Below, in pieces: positions 13,876 to 29,122 of a stretch of DNA of 64,000 bases (positions are counted from its first letter, which is position 1; each line of letters begins with the position of its first letter). The notes below the pieces were generated by a model. That model was not told where the DNA came from, did no database searches, and saw only the letters and a program-made list of their open reading frames with translations. The DNA is taken from the NCBI RefSeq assembly GCF_009914755.1, contig NC_060930.1; one strand, given 5' to 3'. This stretch comes from the human T2T-CHM13v2.0 reference genome, Homo sapiens. Both the position numbers and the translations under genes were made by a program.

Positions 13876-15266
13876 TCAAATCAGAAATAGCAGAGAAATA
13901 ATTCATTACCTATCGTTTCTTCAAATCATTCATATATTTGTACCTACCTCTTCTCTCTACATTAAAATCATTAGGAGTGTGCATAAAAACTAGAAAATGC
14001 CTGTTAAAAGAGAAGCTGCTGCCTGCTGTCTACCAGAGGAATATATGTTTGATGAGAGGTGCTTGGTTTGGGAAATCTGTTCTTGCTGTCAAATGCAGTT
14101 CTGGCTATATGCAAATAGAAATATGAACCTATTGCTCACTGCCTCCTGTGGTTCTGTGTGTCCCAGGAATGCCACTCTGCCAGCCTCCATCTGGCTTCTC
14201 AATTAGAGCCCAATAGGACAACTGATTTTCTGTTGTTCTAATGAGAAGGCAATCAGTTATGTGTTTCTTTCCATCAAAACTTGATTTGGTTATGGAATAG
14301 TACGATTTTTATTATTGCTATTTTAATATGCCCTAGGCTATTTGGTATTTATAATTTTTTTTTAAGAAAATGCAACAATTTTTATTTGTTTAATCCTGGT
14401 AGCCCTTCTCTTTACAGGTCACTCATATTCATTACTGATAGGCTTCAGCTTTAAAACATTACACCCTTCTCTAACCCACTAATATGGCCTCTCCCAATAT
14501 CCCACCGGAATGCTTATGAAAATACACTAAAGACAAGATAATCTATAACATAAAGTGCAGACTAATAAACATTGGCGATGGCAAAAACAAAGTTAAATAG
14601 AAAGTAATCTACCCAATGTAAGTCACAAGGCCTAGCTACATGGTTCTTCAGAAAAGCATCTTTAAAGAGGTAAAAAAGGCTCTTTATATCCCATGAGACT
14701 CTTTATAAGAAGCTTCTTATGTCAGAAAGTCAGGGATTATACAGACTGGAAATTCTCACTCCAAATAATCCGATGCATGTTTGAAATTACATGGATATAA
14801 AAAAATTACTACAAGCAGCCAAGCAAATAAAAGTGTCTACAAATGTTGGAACAATATCTATAGAGTTATCAAAGGAAGAGTTGAGACTAATAAACTGTAC
14901 ATCTAGAGAATATAAAAAGACAAAGGCAGATATTTTCAAGATTCAGGAAATACTCTACTATGGAAACTTTTGTAACTGGATGAGTACTTTGATCTTGGAA
15001 TGAAGATGACAACTGGTATTTATAATCTTTATTCTTCATGCCTGTCTCTTATCCCCTAACACATTTATAGACAATTTTCTGAATTGTCGAAGTTAAGGAA
15101 TAGTTATTTTTATATTGGGATTGTGAAAGAAAACCAGATAGTTTAATAAGTGCAGTGTTAAAAGGGCATTACCAGTACATAATAACATAAGTTGAACTCC
15201 TATAATTGAACACTATGGATAACTAGAGGCAATATGCTAAAAAAAAAAAAAGGTTAACTGGCCGCC

Positions 15267-15637
15267 TGTATTAGTCTGTTCTCCTGCTGCATAAGGTCAT
15301 ACATGAGACTGGGTAATTTATAAAGGAAAGAAGTTTAAGTGACTCACAGTTCTGCAGGGCTGGGGAGGCCTCAGGAAACTTACTATCATGGTGGAAGGGA
15401 AGCAAATATGTCCTTCTTCACAATGGCATCAGGAAGAAGAAGAATGAGTGCCCAGCAAAAGGGGAAGCCCCTTATGAAACCATCAGTTCTCATGAGAACT
15501 CACTGTCACAAGAACAGAATGGGGGAAACCGTCCCATGATTCAATTATCTCCACCTGGTCTCTTCTACAACATGTGGGGATTATGGGAACTACAATTAAA
15601 GATGAGATTTGGGTGAGGACACAGCCAAACCATATCA
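15267..15637 (-). mobile_element. THE1C/D solo LTR
   Basis: Complete 371-bp LTR 'tgtattagtctgttctc...ggacacagccaaaccatatca'; degenerate 5-bp TSD ccgcc/ttgcc. Confidence 0.93.
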
Positions 15638-18389
15638 TTGCCAATGATCTTTGTTTTGTAAGCCTGTTCAAAAACAGGGCATAAAAGAAATGAAAGTTTG
15701 AGAAGTGCTTGCGCAATCTAAACCAATCATAATGAAATTAATGAAGATTCTGTGTTTCATTTTCTACTGTGTTCTTTAGAAGAGCTGCTAGACCTAAATA
15801 GTAAAATAGTTATCATAGGATTTTACCTCTTTTTCCACCCCATGCCTTTTGGGGAGATGATGGCCTCAGGGACATTGCCATGAGGTGAGAACAGAGAGAC
15901 GAAAGAAAATCATTGACAAAAATGATTAATTCATTTTAAACTAATCCATAGCAATAAGATGATGTATGCTTTACTATGTCTTTTCCTCTGAAGGAAACCT
16001 TACACCATAGCCTTTGAGACTGACAGATTTATGTTAGTAACCTGGAGCCTGGATCCAACAGGTAAAATGAGATGAAGACACTCACTTAAGGGAACAGAAA
16101 TGCATTGCCCATATTACTATAAGTCCCTATCTTTTTCTCAGACATAAGTGATTTCCATATCTAGTTAGCTGTATATCTAGATCTAGATCTGATGATATAG
16201 TATCTACATATGGATAGACAGATAAAATAAGCACACACACACATGCACATGCTTTTTCTTCTAGTGTTAACTTTCTTACATATGGGATGTGCCTAGGCTA
16301 GGGGTATTTATGTATGTATGTGTGTCTAATGAAAAAAAATCTTTCTATAAGGTTAAAATGTAGTTCTGACTAATAAAATGAATCAGATACCTCAGTGATA
16401 GAAAGTCAAGCCACTCACTCATTATGGCTTCTCACTGGAATTTGATGTGGGTCAATCAAAGAAATACCTGCCATAATTTCAATAGCTAGCTAGTGTTTCT
16501 GCAGTTGAAAAAATATCAGAATTCAGGAGTCCAACAGCATTAGTCTTTGTAAAATTGTTTTGAAAGATGGGTCACATTACTTCATATAGAAGCATACCTA
16601 AAAGCAACTGAATGTAGCTTTGAATCAATAAGAAACAAAGACAATATATATACAATAAATTGGTGTAGATGAACTTCTGAAAGCCATCTGCAGAGGGCAA
16701 TAAAAATAAAATGACAGAAAAGTTCCCTGAATATTATGACAGTATCAGAACCAGAGACAGTTTTTTTTAATGTTATAAAATAATTCGGTAAGAATAATTT
16801 AGTAGAATGCACAAACCCAAGTACAGTGTGACTGTAAAGTAATGAAACTTATTTAACCAATCTCACATACAACTGTGTTTCCATTCAGATGCTATATATT
16901 GAAAAGTGTCAACTTTCCTAGGAATCTTTATGGCATCTATGTAGAAGCAGGCACTTTACTGGGATGTTGATTTGCTCTATTCCTGGTTTCTATCAGAACT
17001 ATTATGTATTTTCCAGTCAAGCTTAAAATAGGTCACATTGAAACTTTAATGAGATTCCTTCTCCTAAGGAACTTCTCTCCAATGACTTCAAGTCCACTTT
17101 TCTAACCAAAGAACAGGAACAATTCTTTACACCCAAACATTCAGATTCTTTTAGTTAATAAATTGATTATCCAGATGTTCTTCTCCATGTGAGGCCAAAT
17201 CTTTGAATGCTACTAATTATTTTCTCATGCTTCATATCACATGGGCAAAACAGTTTCATGTGGTAGTGCATGGATATAATTGTGAGCCTTATATGGTTTA
17301 AATAGACTTTGGGATTTTCTTGCCTCGAGTGGAGTTTTAAAATTTCGGAAATTCAGTTCTTTTGAATTCTATGATGATCTTTGAAACCTGACTAAATTTT
17401 ACCTGAAGAAAATAGCAGAAGCCTATAGTTTGGTCATCTGCCACTAGGTAAATAACAAGAGCAATATTCTTGGCAAGTCTAGCTCAAGAAAGTCATGTCC
17501 AATCACATCTGATTATATTCAGGAAGTCTGGAATTTAAATGGTTTGAAAACTAATGTCTGCAATTAAATAATCAAATAAGTTAGCAAATTAACAATATCC
17601 TCTAAATTACCTCCTCAAGTAATTGTAACATTTATAATCAAATACATTTGCAGAAAATTTTTTTCCATCTTTGCTTTTTGATCTGCATCTTAAAGTGATG
17701 GCTCACCTGCTTTGATGAATGTGAAGTCCTCATAGTCTATTAATTCTTTTCAATATTTTGATTCTAGAGCAGGTACCAAACCTTGCAGATTTCAGTTTTT
17801 GTATTTTTTTTTTTTACCTTTTTTGATCTTTCCCTACAAGCCTTTCTGCGTATTTCTTAGCTAAAAGGAGGGATATTATTTGTTAAAAACAAACTGATAC
17901 AGGAATCATGAGGATTTACTTCAACAGGTAGCCTTCACTAAAAACCACTGATTATGCCTGTGGTCCCTGCTTTTATTTAGTTTGATCACTTTTTCTGATA
18001 TTTGCTTCTGAAAAATACTGTATCTTTCAGAAACAGTGTGGGGTTATTAGGAAATTATTAAGATGTCAACTCAGCCTGTGCTGGTAACCTAACAAGGGTT
18101 CTACCTCTTCAATGATGCAGGAATCCTTTCGCAGGAGAACAAAGCAATCTGCAGATACATCTATGAGGAGAGACAGGGAACTCTTTCTTCTTTATGTAGA
18201 AAACTAGTTGATTAACTATTAAAAGCATCCACAATTTTAGTGAAAGTTTTTAATTATATCGGTCATATATGGCCCGGAAATTAGTTCATGTGGTAACTCC
18301 AAAAGTCTATAGACCGTTTCCTGACACACACACAACACTCCATTGGTAACCCTGAGCCTCACTGCAATTAAACCAGAATTGACACTGCT

Positions 18390-18560
18390 ATAGGGCTTGG
18401 AGAATATATGTTATTGCTTACTTCATGGTTTAAATCTTAGACCTATCATTTTCTATTTATGTAACGTTGTTCAGGCGATTGCCCCTTTCTGTTTCCTCAT
18501 CTACAAAATAGATAATAATATCTATTTTGCTAAAATGATTTCACAAGATAATTTGTATTT
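18390..18560 (+). mobile_element. MIR SINE
   Basis: Core 'ctgtttcctcatctacaaaatagataataatatctat'. Confidence 0.65.
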
Positions 18561-18589
18561 CTCAGTGCCTTAGTGATCGGGACTTAACA

Positions 18590-19253
18590 CAATCTTCCTA
18601 CAAACCATTCTCAATGCAGCAAACATAGCCCTTATAAACACTGAAGTCATCTTATGCCACTCCTCTGCTCAAAATTCTTTAATGGATGTCCCCTCAATAC
18701 TTTCAGAGTGAAAGCGAAAGTCCAGACAGTGGCCCAGAAGACCCAGCACTATCTGTCCTCGTTGCTGGCCTGTTATCTCCTCATCTTCATTTCCTATAAC
18801 CCTCTCTTGGCTCAGGCTGCTCCGATGGCCTGTTCTCCTTGATTCTTCACAAACCTTATAGCCACGTTCCTGTCTCAGAACCTTTGCACTGTTTCCCTGC
18901 AGGGAATAACCTTCCTCCAAAAGCCACATAGTTCGCTTCCTCTCCTCCTTCAACTCTTGGCTCAGTCACCACCTTCTCAGTGTGGCTCCATTTAAAACGA
19001 CAGTCCTTCTCTTAGCCCGCCTGATTCCCTCCATCCTGTTCTGTTTTTTTCTATAACACCTGATCCTCTCTAATATACTATATCATTGATTTGGTATGTT
19101 TTTTATTCATTTTTTCCCTCACTAAAATGTTGCATCATAAAAATATATTTGTTGTTGTTGTTCTTGTCAGCTTTGTTCACTCACTTATCCCCCACACCTA
19201 TAAGAGTGCTTGGCATAAAGTAGGTGCTCAAAAAATATTTGATGAATGAATAA
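18590..19253 (+). mobile_element. L2a 3' end
   Basis: 'ccactcctctgctcaaaattctttaatgg' and terminal 'tggcataaagtaggtgctcaaaaaatatttgatgaatgaat'. Confidence 0.85.
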
Positions 19254-20274
19254 TTAGTAAGTGGTAGTGAGTTTTTGCATTAGTACTTGGCCTAATTTAC
19301 TTTCTTACGACTTAGTTCATAGCCACTTCTTGTCTCATTCTTCTCCAGAGTGCCACATATGGCAGGGTAATTATTCTTCCCAAGGAAGTGCAGCCTGGTT
19401 GTGAGCCCAGACAGCCTCCAGCTACCTCGGAACATGATCATTTCCCATTTCTCCACTTTTACAAAATAGCTGTGCAGCGGTATGCCTTTGAGTGAGCATT
19501 CAAGAGTCTCCAAAGAACACTGCTTGTTTTTTTTGTAGTCTTGCTGTGGGGGGGAATAATCTCCACATAACTCGATCTTGCCAAGGGCCACAGTTTCTCT
19601 CTTTTTTATGCCCTGCAATATAAAGTCAGCTCAGGATCTACTTTTCAGCCATAGCTGACAGTGCCTGGGTCCCTCTATTTCCACCAGACACCAGGACCAT
19701 GGGCTATGAGTTAAGCCTCTGGCACACTACGCCCAGCTTAACTGCTGGTAATGAGAAAGGAGGAGTCACGCCACAGTCAAATAAAGTGCTCCTGGATGGA
19801 ACTGAACATACAAAGGATGTTGGAGGTAAGGTAAATAGTGAAGAGTTTAAAGATTACTTTCTCTTAAACAATATTCTGCAAATTACCCCTCTTCTTCTCT
19901 TCCCTTTTCCTATAAATACAAGGGGCATACATTAAGGTGAGGAAGATGACAGATGGTTTCAGAGAGAAAACATGAACAACAGTTTCTTTGTTTTTATTTG
20001 GGCAGACGTGATGGGAGAGGCTCATGCCACAGCATGAGAGGGTCAGGTAGGGCTGCTGAGGAATGATTCACAGTATTCTAGTGAGACTCTCTTGGATTAA
20101 AACAGTTGGCTGCACATGGAAACTACATTGCTCTACTCTTAAGGAGAATTGAGAATAAACAAAACGACCTTGCCCAGCAACTGACTTGAACAGGATACTT
20201 CCCTAAGTTACCACTTCAAGTTTAAAATTGCAGAAGAGCACACGGCTGTGTATGAATACCGATGTATGAAATGA

Positions 20275-20909
20275 TGGTAGTCTGCACTTCTTCAAAGGGC
20301 ATAAGTTCCAAGCCCCTACCCTCCCCAGTGAATGCCCGAAACCACCATCAGTTGGAACACTTCTATTCTTGTCTTCCACCCACAAATTTAATGCCTTTCC
20401 ATCTTAACTAAGCACTTATCACGCACTGTGGCCGTAACTTTTGTGGTTTGAGGAGTGACAGTAAAATTAGCCTGAATTTCTTTTTCTTCCTTCGCAATTT
20501 CACGTATAGAAGATTCCTTCTAACTGTAGATCTCAGCAACCTCAGCATTAGGATTTTTTTTTCTTTCCTTATTAAATATTTGCACTTTGGGCCCATTATC
20601 AAGTAACACAAGAGTTACTTGAAAACAAGCACTGTGATACCACATCAGTCAATCTGATCACAGATGGCTACTGAGTGACTTGTGTGGAGAGCATCTACAG
20701 CTTGCATTTATTGGACAAAGGGATGATTCCCGTCCCAGGCAGAGTAGAGCAGGAGGGCACCAGGCTTCATCATGCTACACAGAATGGTGGGTAATTTAAA
20801 ACTTATAAATTGTTTATTGCTGGAATTTTTCACTTAATATTTTTGGACTGCCATTGACTGTGGGTAACTGAAACTGCAGAAGGTGAAATTGTGACTGGGG
20901 GAGCTACTG
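20275..20909 (-). mobile_element. MER44C-like (Tigger7-derived) DNA transposon
   Basis: Terminal 'gggtaactgaaactgcagaaggtgaaattgtgactgggggagctactg'; minus-strand remnants MGPKCK..LIRKEKK and LWVEDKNRSVP resemble the Tigger transposase N-terminus. Confidence 0.85.
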
Positions 20910-21039
20910 TTTTCCAACAGCGCAATACCTGTAAGCATGTGGAAACATTAGTCAGCATAATATTGGTACAATGTATCGATTTGCTTGCCAACCTTGTGAG
21001 TTAGTAATATACTAAGCTCATTCATAATTGCAAAGTATT

Positions 21040-22905
<1,866 letters not shown>

Positions 22906-24013
22906 ATTTTTGAATGAGAAAATGATGAAACAAGTGAATATACGTGGGTCAGAATCAGGAAACAGGTAGAATAGTAGTTTTGGCTGGTGGGGGAGCAGGG
23001 CTTGTCTGTGTCTTTATCTTTCTTCTTCCAGGCAAACAGTGCTTGACTCCCGTGAGTTTTTGTCCTTTTCTGGATATTAAGGGGCCAGTGGCTTTCTGGG
23101 CCCTAAACCCGCACCTTTGATGTTCTTCTCTCTGCATTTAAATACAATTAGACACGATGTGATCACACGTCTGTCTCCACTTTCCTTCTCCAGCCTAAGT
23201 TTTTCAGTTCCACTTAATTCCACCATGTCTTGAATGATTCATTTTATTTTACTTACATGTATACATCCTCATCTCACCCTCTTAACCAACTCACCCACAT
23301 TCTACCTGGTCTCCCTGTTCCACCTCTGAGCATTGCATAGATTATCTGAGATTTCAAGGCCACCTTTCTGCCTGTTTTGCAATCAAACTTGTCTCTTGTA
23401 AACACACGAGAAAACCTCACCTCCTTTATGAAGTTGTCAGAGACTCCTTACAAAATACTAACTCAATGGTGTAACTCATCTGCTATTTTTATGAGTGGAT
23501 TAGCTTCAGATTGTTTTTGCATGGAGACACACAGGATGTATGGTATTTGCTAGGATAGCACACTCCTCATGAGGACACCTGGGAATGCTCATCTTTTCCC
23601 TGAGCACTTGCAGTAAATTCTCCTTTTTTCCTCCTACTCATAATGAATATGAATTATGTTATAGGAATAACATTAAATCATCTCTAAGTTAGTACTTTTA
23701 TAAATTCTAACATAGCTATTAGTAACAAATATTTTTTAAAAATCACACCAGTACTCCAGACTCTTTGAATAGGTTAGAGCACAATTAAGGTAGACTTAAA
23801 TATTCAAACAGACAGAAAGCTTCTCCCTGTATGGCTGCAGACTGTACCTTTCTGACCAGCCATCTTATCAGTTTGAATTTCTGGTGATGAGGGGATTTAG
23901 ATAAGGTGTCCCTTCACTAAGTTTACCACAAATCATATGACAGCAATTCAAAGATTATGCCTTATTCTTGACTTAAGTACAATGTGGATAATGTTGATTT
24001 ATAATATAGAAGT

Positions 24014-24540
24014 TGTATTCGTTATCTATTAATCATTGCATAATAAATTACTCAGTGACATAGAGGCCTAATATATTTATTGAAACTGTCTCATACAGTC
24101 TCTATGGGTCAGAAATCCAGGAGGAGCTTACCTGGGCGATTCTGGTTCTAGCTGTCTCATGAGGTTTCAGTCAAGATGTCAGCAGGGCCTGCAGTCATCT
24201 AAAGGGTCCACAGGGGCTGAAGATGTGCTTCCAGGTGGCTCACTTTCATGCCTGACAAGTTAGTGCTGGCTTTTAGTAGGAGGCCTCAGTCCCTCACCAT
24301 GAGGCCTCTCTTCCCTCCACCCCCATGAGGCTGCTGGCGTGTCTTCATGTTATCTAGCAGGCAGCTTTTCCTGGAGAGTGCTACAAGAGGGCAAGGCAGA
24401 AGTCTCAGAGTCTTTTATGTTCAGCCTGAGCACACACACCGTCATTCCTGCAATGTCTTGTGAGTTACACAGGTCAGCTTAATTCAGTGTGGGAGGAAAC
24501 TACACAAAAGCATGAATACCAGGACCTGGTGATTGACGAG
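24014..24540 (-). mobile_element. MLT1G/H-like LTR
   Basis: 'tgtattcgttatctatt...tctatgggtcagaaatccaggaggagcttacctgggcgattctgg..tctcatgaggtttcagtcaagatgtcagcagggcctgcagtcatct'. Confidence 0.8.
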
Positions 24541-24638
24541 TCTTCTTGTCCTGGGTTTTGCAGAACTGGTGTAAGAAAGAACTACGTGTGTGCCTATAGA
24601 GGTATTCCTGTGTATGAAATACTTCTAGATTATGTGCT

Positions 24639-24935
24639 TGTGATGGTTACTTTTATCTGTCAACCTGACTGCATCATAGGGTGCCCAGATTAAACATTAT
24701 TTTTGGGTATGTCTTGGGGGGTGTTTCCAGAAGAGATTCACATTTGAATCAATTGACCCAATAAAGTAGGTTGCCTCGCCAGTGTAGGTGAACAGCATCT
24801 AACATAGGTGGCAGAAGGAGGAATTTGCCTGTTTTCATTTCTGCCTGCCTACTTGAGTTGGAACATTGGTCTTCTGCTCTTGGACTGGAAATTACACCAT
24901 CTGGGATTACCCAGGCTCCTATTGATTCTGTTTTA
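24639..24935 (+). mobile_element. MLT2 (ERVL) LTR, internally deleted
   Basis: 'tgtgatggttacttttatctgtcaacctgactg...gggtgcccagattaaacattatttttgggt'. Confidence 0.85.
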
Positions 24936-26283
24936 TATATCTGTTTTCCTATTAGGATTCCTCTTATATTAAAACGCTTTGTTTACCTCAAACACTTTAC
25001 ATTTTCATTACTTACCTTAGCACCTTCACTACAATTAGTGCTAAATATTTACCGAAAATAAAGAAGAGGCATCAATATACATATTTTGGCATACTTATTT
25101 TTTACATTTATTTTCAAGCATTTCAGGGATAGTGAAAAGTCCTGATCAGTTTGCATTCAGCCAAGTATGTTGGCTATATTTACTCCAAATGCCCATGCAT
25201 GATTTCAAGGGCATAATGGATATTGCAGGGACTTGGAGTCCTCTTCCAAGAAAACTGGAACCCCTGCCGGGATGTGGATAGCAGATGTGTAGTCCTGACA
25301 ACCGGGACTGTGTTGTATTGCTGGATTAGATGTTCATTAAGGGAAAGTGGTGTATATGAGCTTTATACTCAAGATTTACCACTAATGCTTTCCAGACCCA
25401 CAGGAATCTTCTGCACTTGTTTTTCTCCACTAACTTTAAGAGACTTAAAATCAGCCATGGGAAGTCAGAGACCAGTCCCGTGTCTCAAAGATGTGGAGAT
25501 TTTGGCATCTATCCTTCTAACTGACTTGCAGTAGAAGAATGGCCTAACGAAACCTTGTTCATGTTACACGTGCTCATTTGCCCTGAACACAGATATGTAA
25601 TCCAGAAAAATGACTGCCAGCACGCTGGAACAAGGTTCAGCAACCTCCACCCCCAGCCGATTGCAGTGACATTGTGCGTAACAGGCTAGCAAAGACTTGG
25701 AGCCCAGGGGCAAATTGTTTAATGTATCCATGTCTCTTTTACCTCCCTGCCTTGTAACAATAGAGCGATGATGGCTGGTACATCTTACAGGACTCTTGTG
25801 ACAAAGGGCTAATAAAAATCTAAGCAAAAGCACTGTGCAAAAAAAGGGGACTGTAGGAGGCACGGTGTAACATGATAATAGAGCCTAAGAGACCTAAGTG
25901 CTTTGGGGATAATTAGAAGATTTTGGCAATATCTTCAATGTCACTAAGGTCTGAGTAACCACAACTTCAAGAACTTCATTCTGTGGTTGACTCAGTTACA
26001 GACTCTTTCACTTTACCAGGATCCACTTTCCCACTTTTTTTGATAGCAAGACCAATGTTGTTCAATTGGGTCAGGTCATATGGTGGTAGGGCCAAAGAAA
26101 CATAAGGAGTCAGGCCAATCAAAAGGATGAATTCAGGCCTGTTTGGTCACATTGATGGACTTTGGCCCTGGTATCTTTTTATTTTTTTTTTTAATAAAGA
26201 TACTTTAAATGTTTCTGGTAGAGAAGAGTGCTGCCTCTCAACTAGAATGTTTTCCAGACTGTTTTGTACACAAGATAACTCAT

Positions 26284-26572
26284 GAGGTATAGTGGCTCAC
26301 CCCTATAATCCCAACACTTTGTAAAGCTGAGGCAGGTGGATCACTTGAGGCCAGGAATTCAAGACCACCCTGGGCAACATGGTGAAACTTCATATCTACT
26401 AAAAATACAAAAATTAGCCGGGCGTGGTGGTGCGCACCTGTCGTCCCAGCTACTCGGGAGGCGGGAGAGTCGGTTGAACCTGGGAGGCAGAGGCTGAAGT
26501 GAGCCAAGATTGCACCACTGCGCTCCAGCATAGGCAACAGAGCAAGACTCTTCTACAAATAATAATAATAAT
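26284..26572 (+). mobile_element. Alu (Jb/Sz-like)
   Basis: Dimeric Alu, (AAT)n tail, TSD ataactcatg on both sides. Confidence 0.92.
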
Positions 26573-26859
26573 AACTCATGGGAGACTTGCACATTTATCC
26601 CCTATAGGCAAGGCGGATTTATTAGATGAAGATATCAAAATACTTTCCATTGAGGAAACAGGTTGGAGGTGGGAGGCTGTAACCATGCTTGATTTTGTAC
26701 CACCCTAACCTTTGCTTGTAAGTATACTTTTTGAAAACCCATTTTATTGAACTGAAATGTATTTTGTTCTGAAGGGTTGAAAAAGGCTAAAGAAGTGGGA
26801 AGGAATTTTTGTTAAACCTTATACAATAAGGGAAAATTTTCCAGCAACATGGAAAGACA

Positions 26860-26990
26860 TCAGAATTGAAATCCTAGTGAACTACTAACTATGTGAAATG
26901 GACAAGTGGCTTATTATTCCAATTTTACAGAAAAGAAAAATGAGACATAAATGTTAACATCTATGTGTATGATGATTACGTGAGATAAAT
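26860..26990 (+). mobile_element. MIR with inverted core
   Basis: Flanks read as sense MIR; 26911-26957 reads as the antisense MIR core. Confidence 0.65.
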
Positions 26991-27352
26991 TTGGGTCTCT
27001 ATTTTGAGTGTTTTGTGGGCAGGAATGGATTAGGACTTTCTAAAATATTAAATGGGCCAATCTAAATATGTGATCAAAATTTTTCAGAGGTATATTTTGT
27101 GGTATTTACAGCAAGATGAGAATGTATTTTAAATTGATCTTTGATCATATTTTTATCTTTTAAACATGTTCTGCCTCATTTTCTCTGTAATAATAACTAT
27201 AATTATATCCATTCCTCATTATAAAGCTGCTCTTTTTTCTTTTCTGACATTCTGCCTTCATCGACTAATGGTGGTGAGGCTACTACCTCCTGAGGTTACT
27301 TATAAAATTAAAGCGATTGGGAAGGAATGTTACATGCAGTCCACATTGTATG

Positions 27353-28103
27353 TGATACCGAGAGGAGACAGGAGGGCAGAGTCCCTGATGAGAGCTCCAC
27401 CCTTAAGCCTGGACCCGTGGCCCTGAATGAGAACAGGCATTGCTGCTTTCCTGCCCAAAGGCTGCTTTTTCCAAAACCACCGTGGCCCACCATGTCCCCT
27501 ATCCTGTACCTATAAAAACCCCAAACTCCACTGGCAGAGGAATAGAGTGGCACAGCAGAGAAGGAAAGAATAGAAGTGTCTGAATGTCAAAGAGGGAGCT
27601 GGACAGTCAGAGAGGAGTTTGGCTGGGGACAGCTGAGCTCCAGGGGAAGATCATCTTCCCACTCCATCCCCTTTCCAGCCCCCCAACCCACAGAGAGCCA
27701 CCTCCATCATTCAGTAAAACCTCTGCATTCACCATCCTTCAAGTCCATGTGACCTGATTCTTCTTGTACTCTGGACAAAAATCCAGGTTCCAAGAGGGCA
27801 GGGTATATGTCACCCTGATTCTCCACGGGACTGTTTAACACTTAGCCCTCTGTGGACAGCAACTGCTAAAAGAGCATTAATTGTAACACATGCCCTCTGG
27901 GGCTCCAGAGGTTGTGCGCAACTGCTAGATGCTGCCCCTGGCGCCCAAAGGCACTAGCCCTGGTTCCCATACCCACTTACCTGCATGCTCCCACTCCTGC
28001 AAGGGGCTTGAGTTCAGCAACAAAGCAAAACAAGCTACCACCAACCCTCCACACCCTCCCTGTGGCAAGACTCGCAAGAGGGTCAGGGAACTCTCCCCCG
28101 TCA
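27353..28103 (+). mobile_element. ERV1 solo LTR (LTR1/LTR27/LTR28 group)
   Basis: TGATAC...TCA ends, perfect 4-bp TSD tatg (27349-27352 and 28104-28107), TATA 'cctataaaaacccc' at ~27509. Confidence 0.88.
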
Positions 28104-28859
28104 TATGCGTTATTCCAGTTTAGTTACCTACAAAATAAACTTGCCAGAATTAGTGTTTACTACATAAGCTAAGCACCTATTTCAACATGTGTGAGCTTCT
28201 AAAAAGCAAATCAATGCTCTTCTGTCCAATTTTGGCCAAGGCTTCATGATCTCTTTCCTTAAAACATCAACTTAAATTTTACCATTACTTTTCTCTCTTC
28301 CTTCCCCTTATCCTATTTAACTATTATTAGAGACATTTTAAAAAAATTCCTTTCCTTTTCCATGCTTGGTTTCCTCAATAGCGATTTTATATAGAAAACA
28401 TTTGACATTATAGTCTAGCTTTTCATAGTTAAAATTAAATATTTCATTAAAAAGAGGAGTCTATTTTTTCAGACTTGTAGGGCTCTGGGAAGTGGACTTA
28501 TGAAAAAAATGACTTTGTATTTATTTACAGATAAATAACCATGTGTCTGTAATTAGTAAGAGATCCACTGTATGTAATTTATCTTTTTCTTATGTGTTAC
28601 CTGTTAAAGATGACCTTGTGTTTCCCGACATGCTGTCAAGTGAAAGATTTTGTAAGAATCCTTCTATATTCCTACATTATTTTATTGCATTGCTCATCAA
28701 TTTTGCATTTTCTCCCTCTCTTATGATCCTAGCCTTTCCTTTATTAGAAGTAATTATCTAGTTCATAGAAAATTGTTTAATTTGGTTATTTTCATTACTT
28801 CAAAGAGAAATTCTAATGTAGAACGATTTGTTTATATATCTCTTGCAGACTCAAAATAC

Positions 28860-29122
28860 ACACCACTATTATAAAAACCTTCCCTGCCTAGCTCATATTT
28901 CCCCCGACTCCTACCCCATGGTTCCCTAGCTTATTGAATGTACTCATAGCATCTCTTTTAGTCTGTATTGCTATCATGTGTTTTTCTAATCTGTTCCCCA
29001 TAGTAACAGTGAAATCCTTGAGGGCACGAGTCTTATCTTTTTCAACTCTATTTTCAGCACCTCGCATTGTGAGTTGGTGTAAGTAGTTCAGTAAATAACT
29101 GTAGATGTCAAAATAAATAAAT
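28860..29122 (+). mobile_element. L2 3' end
   Basis: 'gtgaaatccttgagggcacgagtcttatctttttcaactctattttcagcacctcgcattg..ttcagtaaata'. Confidence 0.65.
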
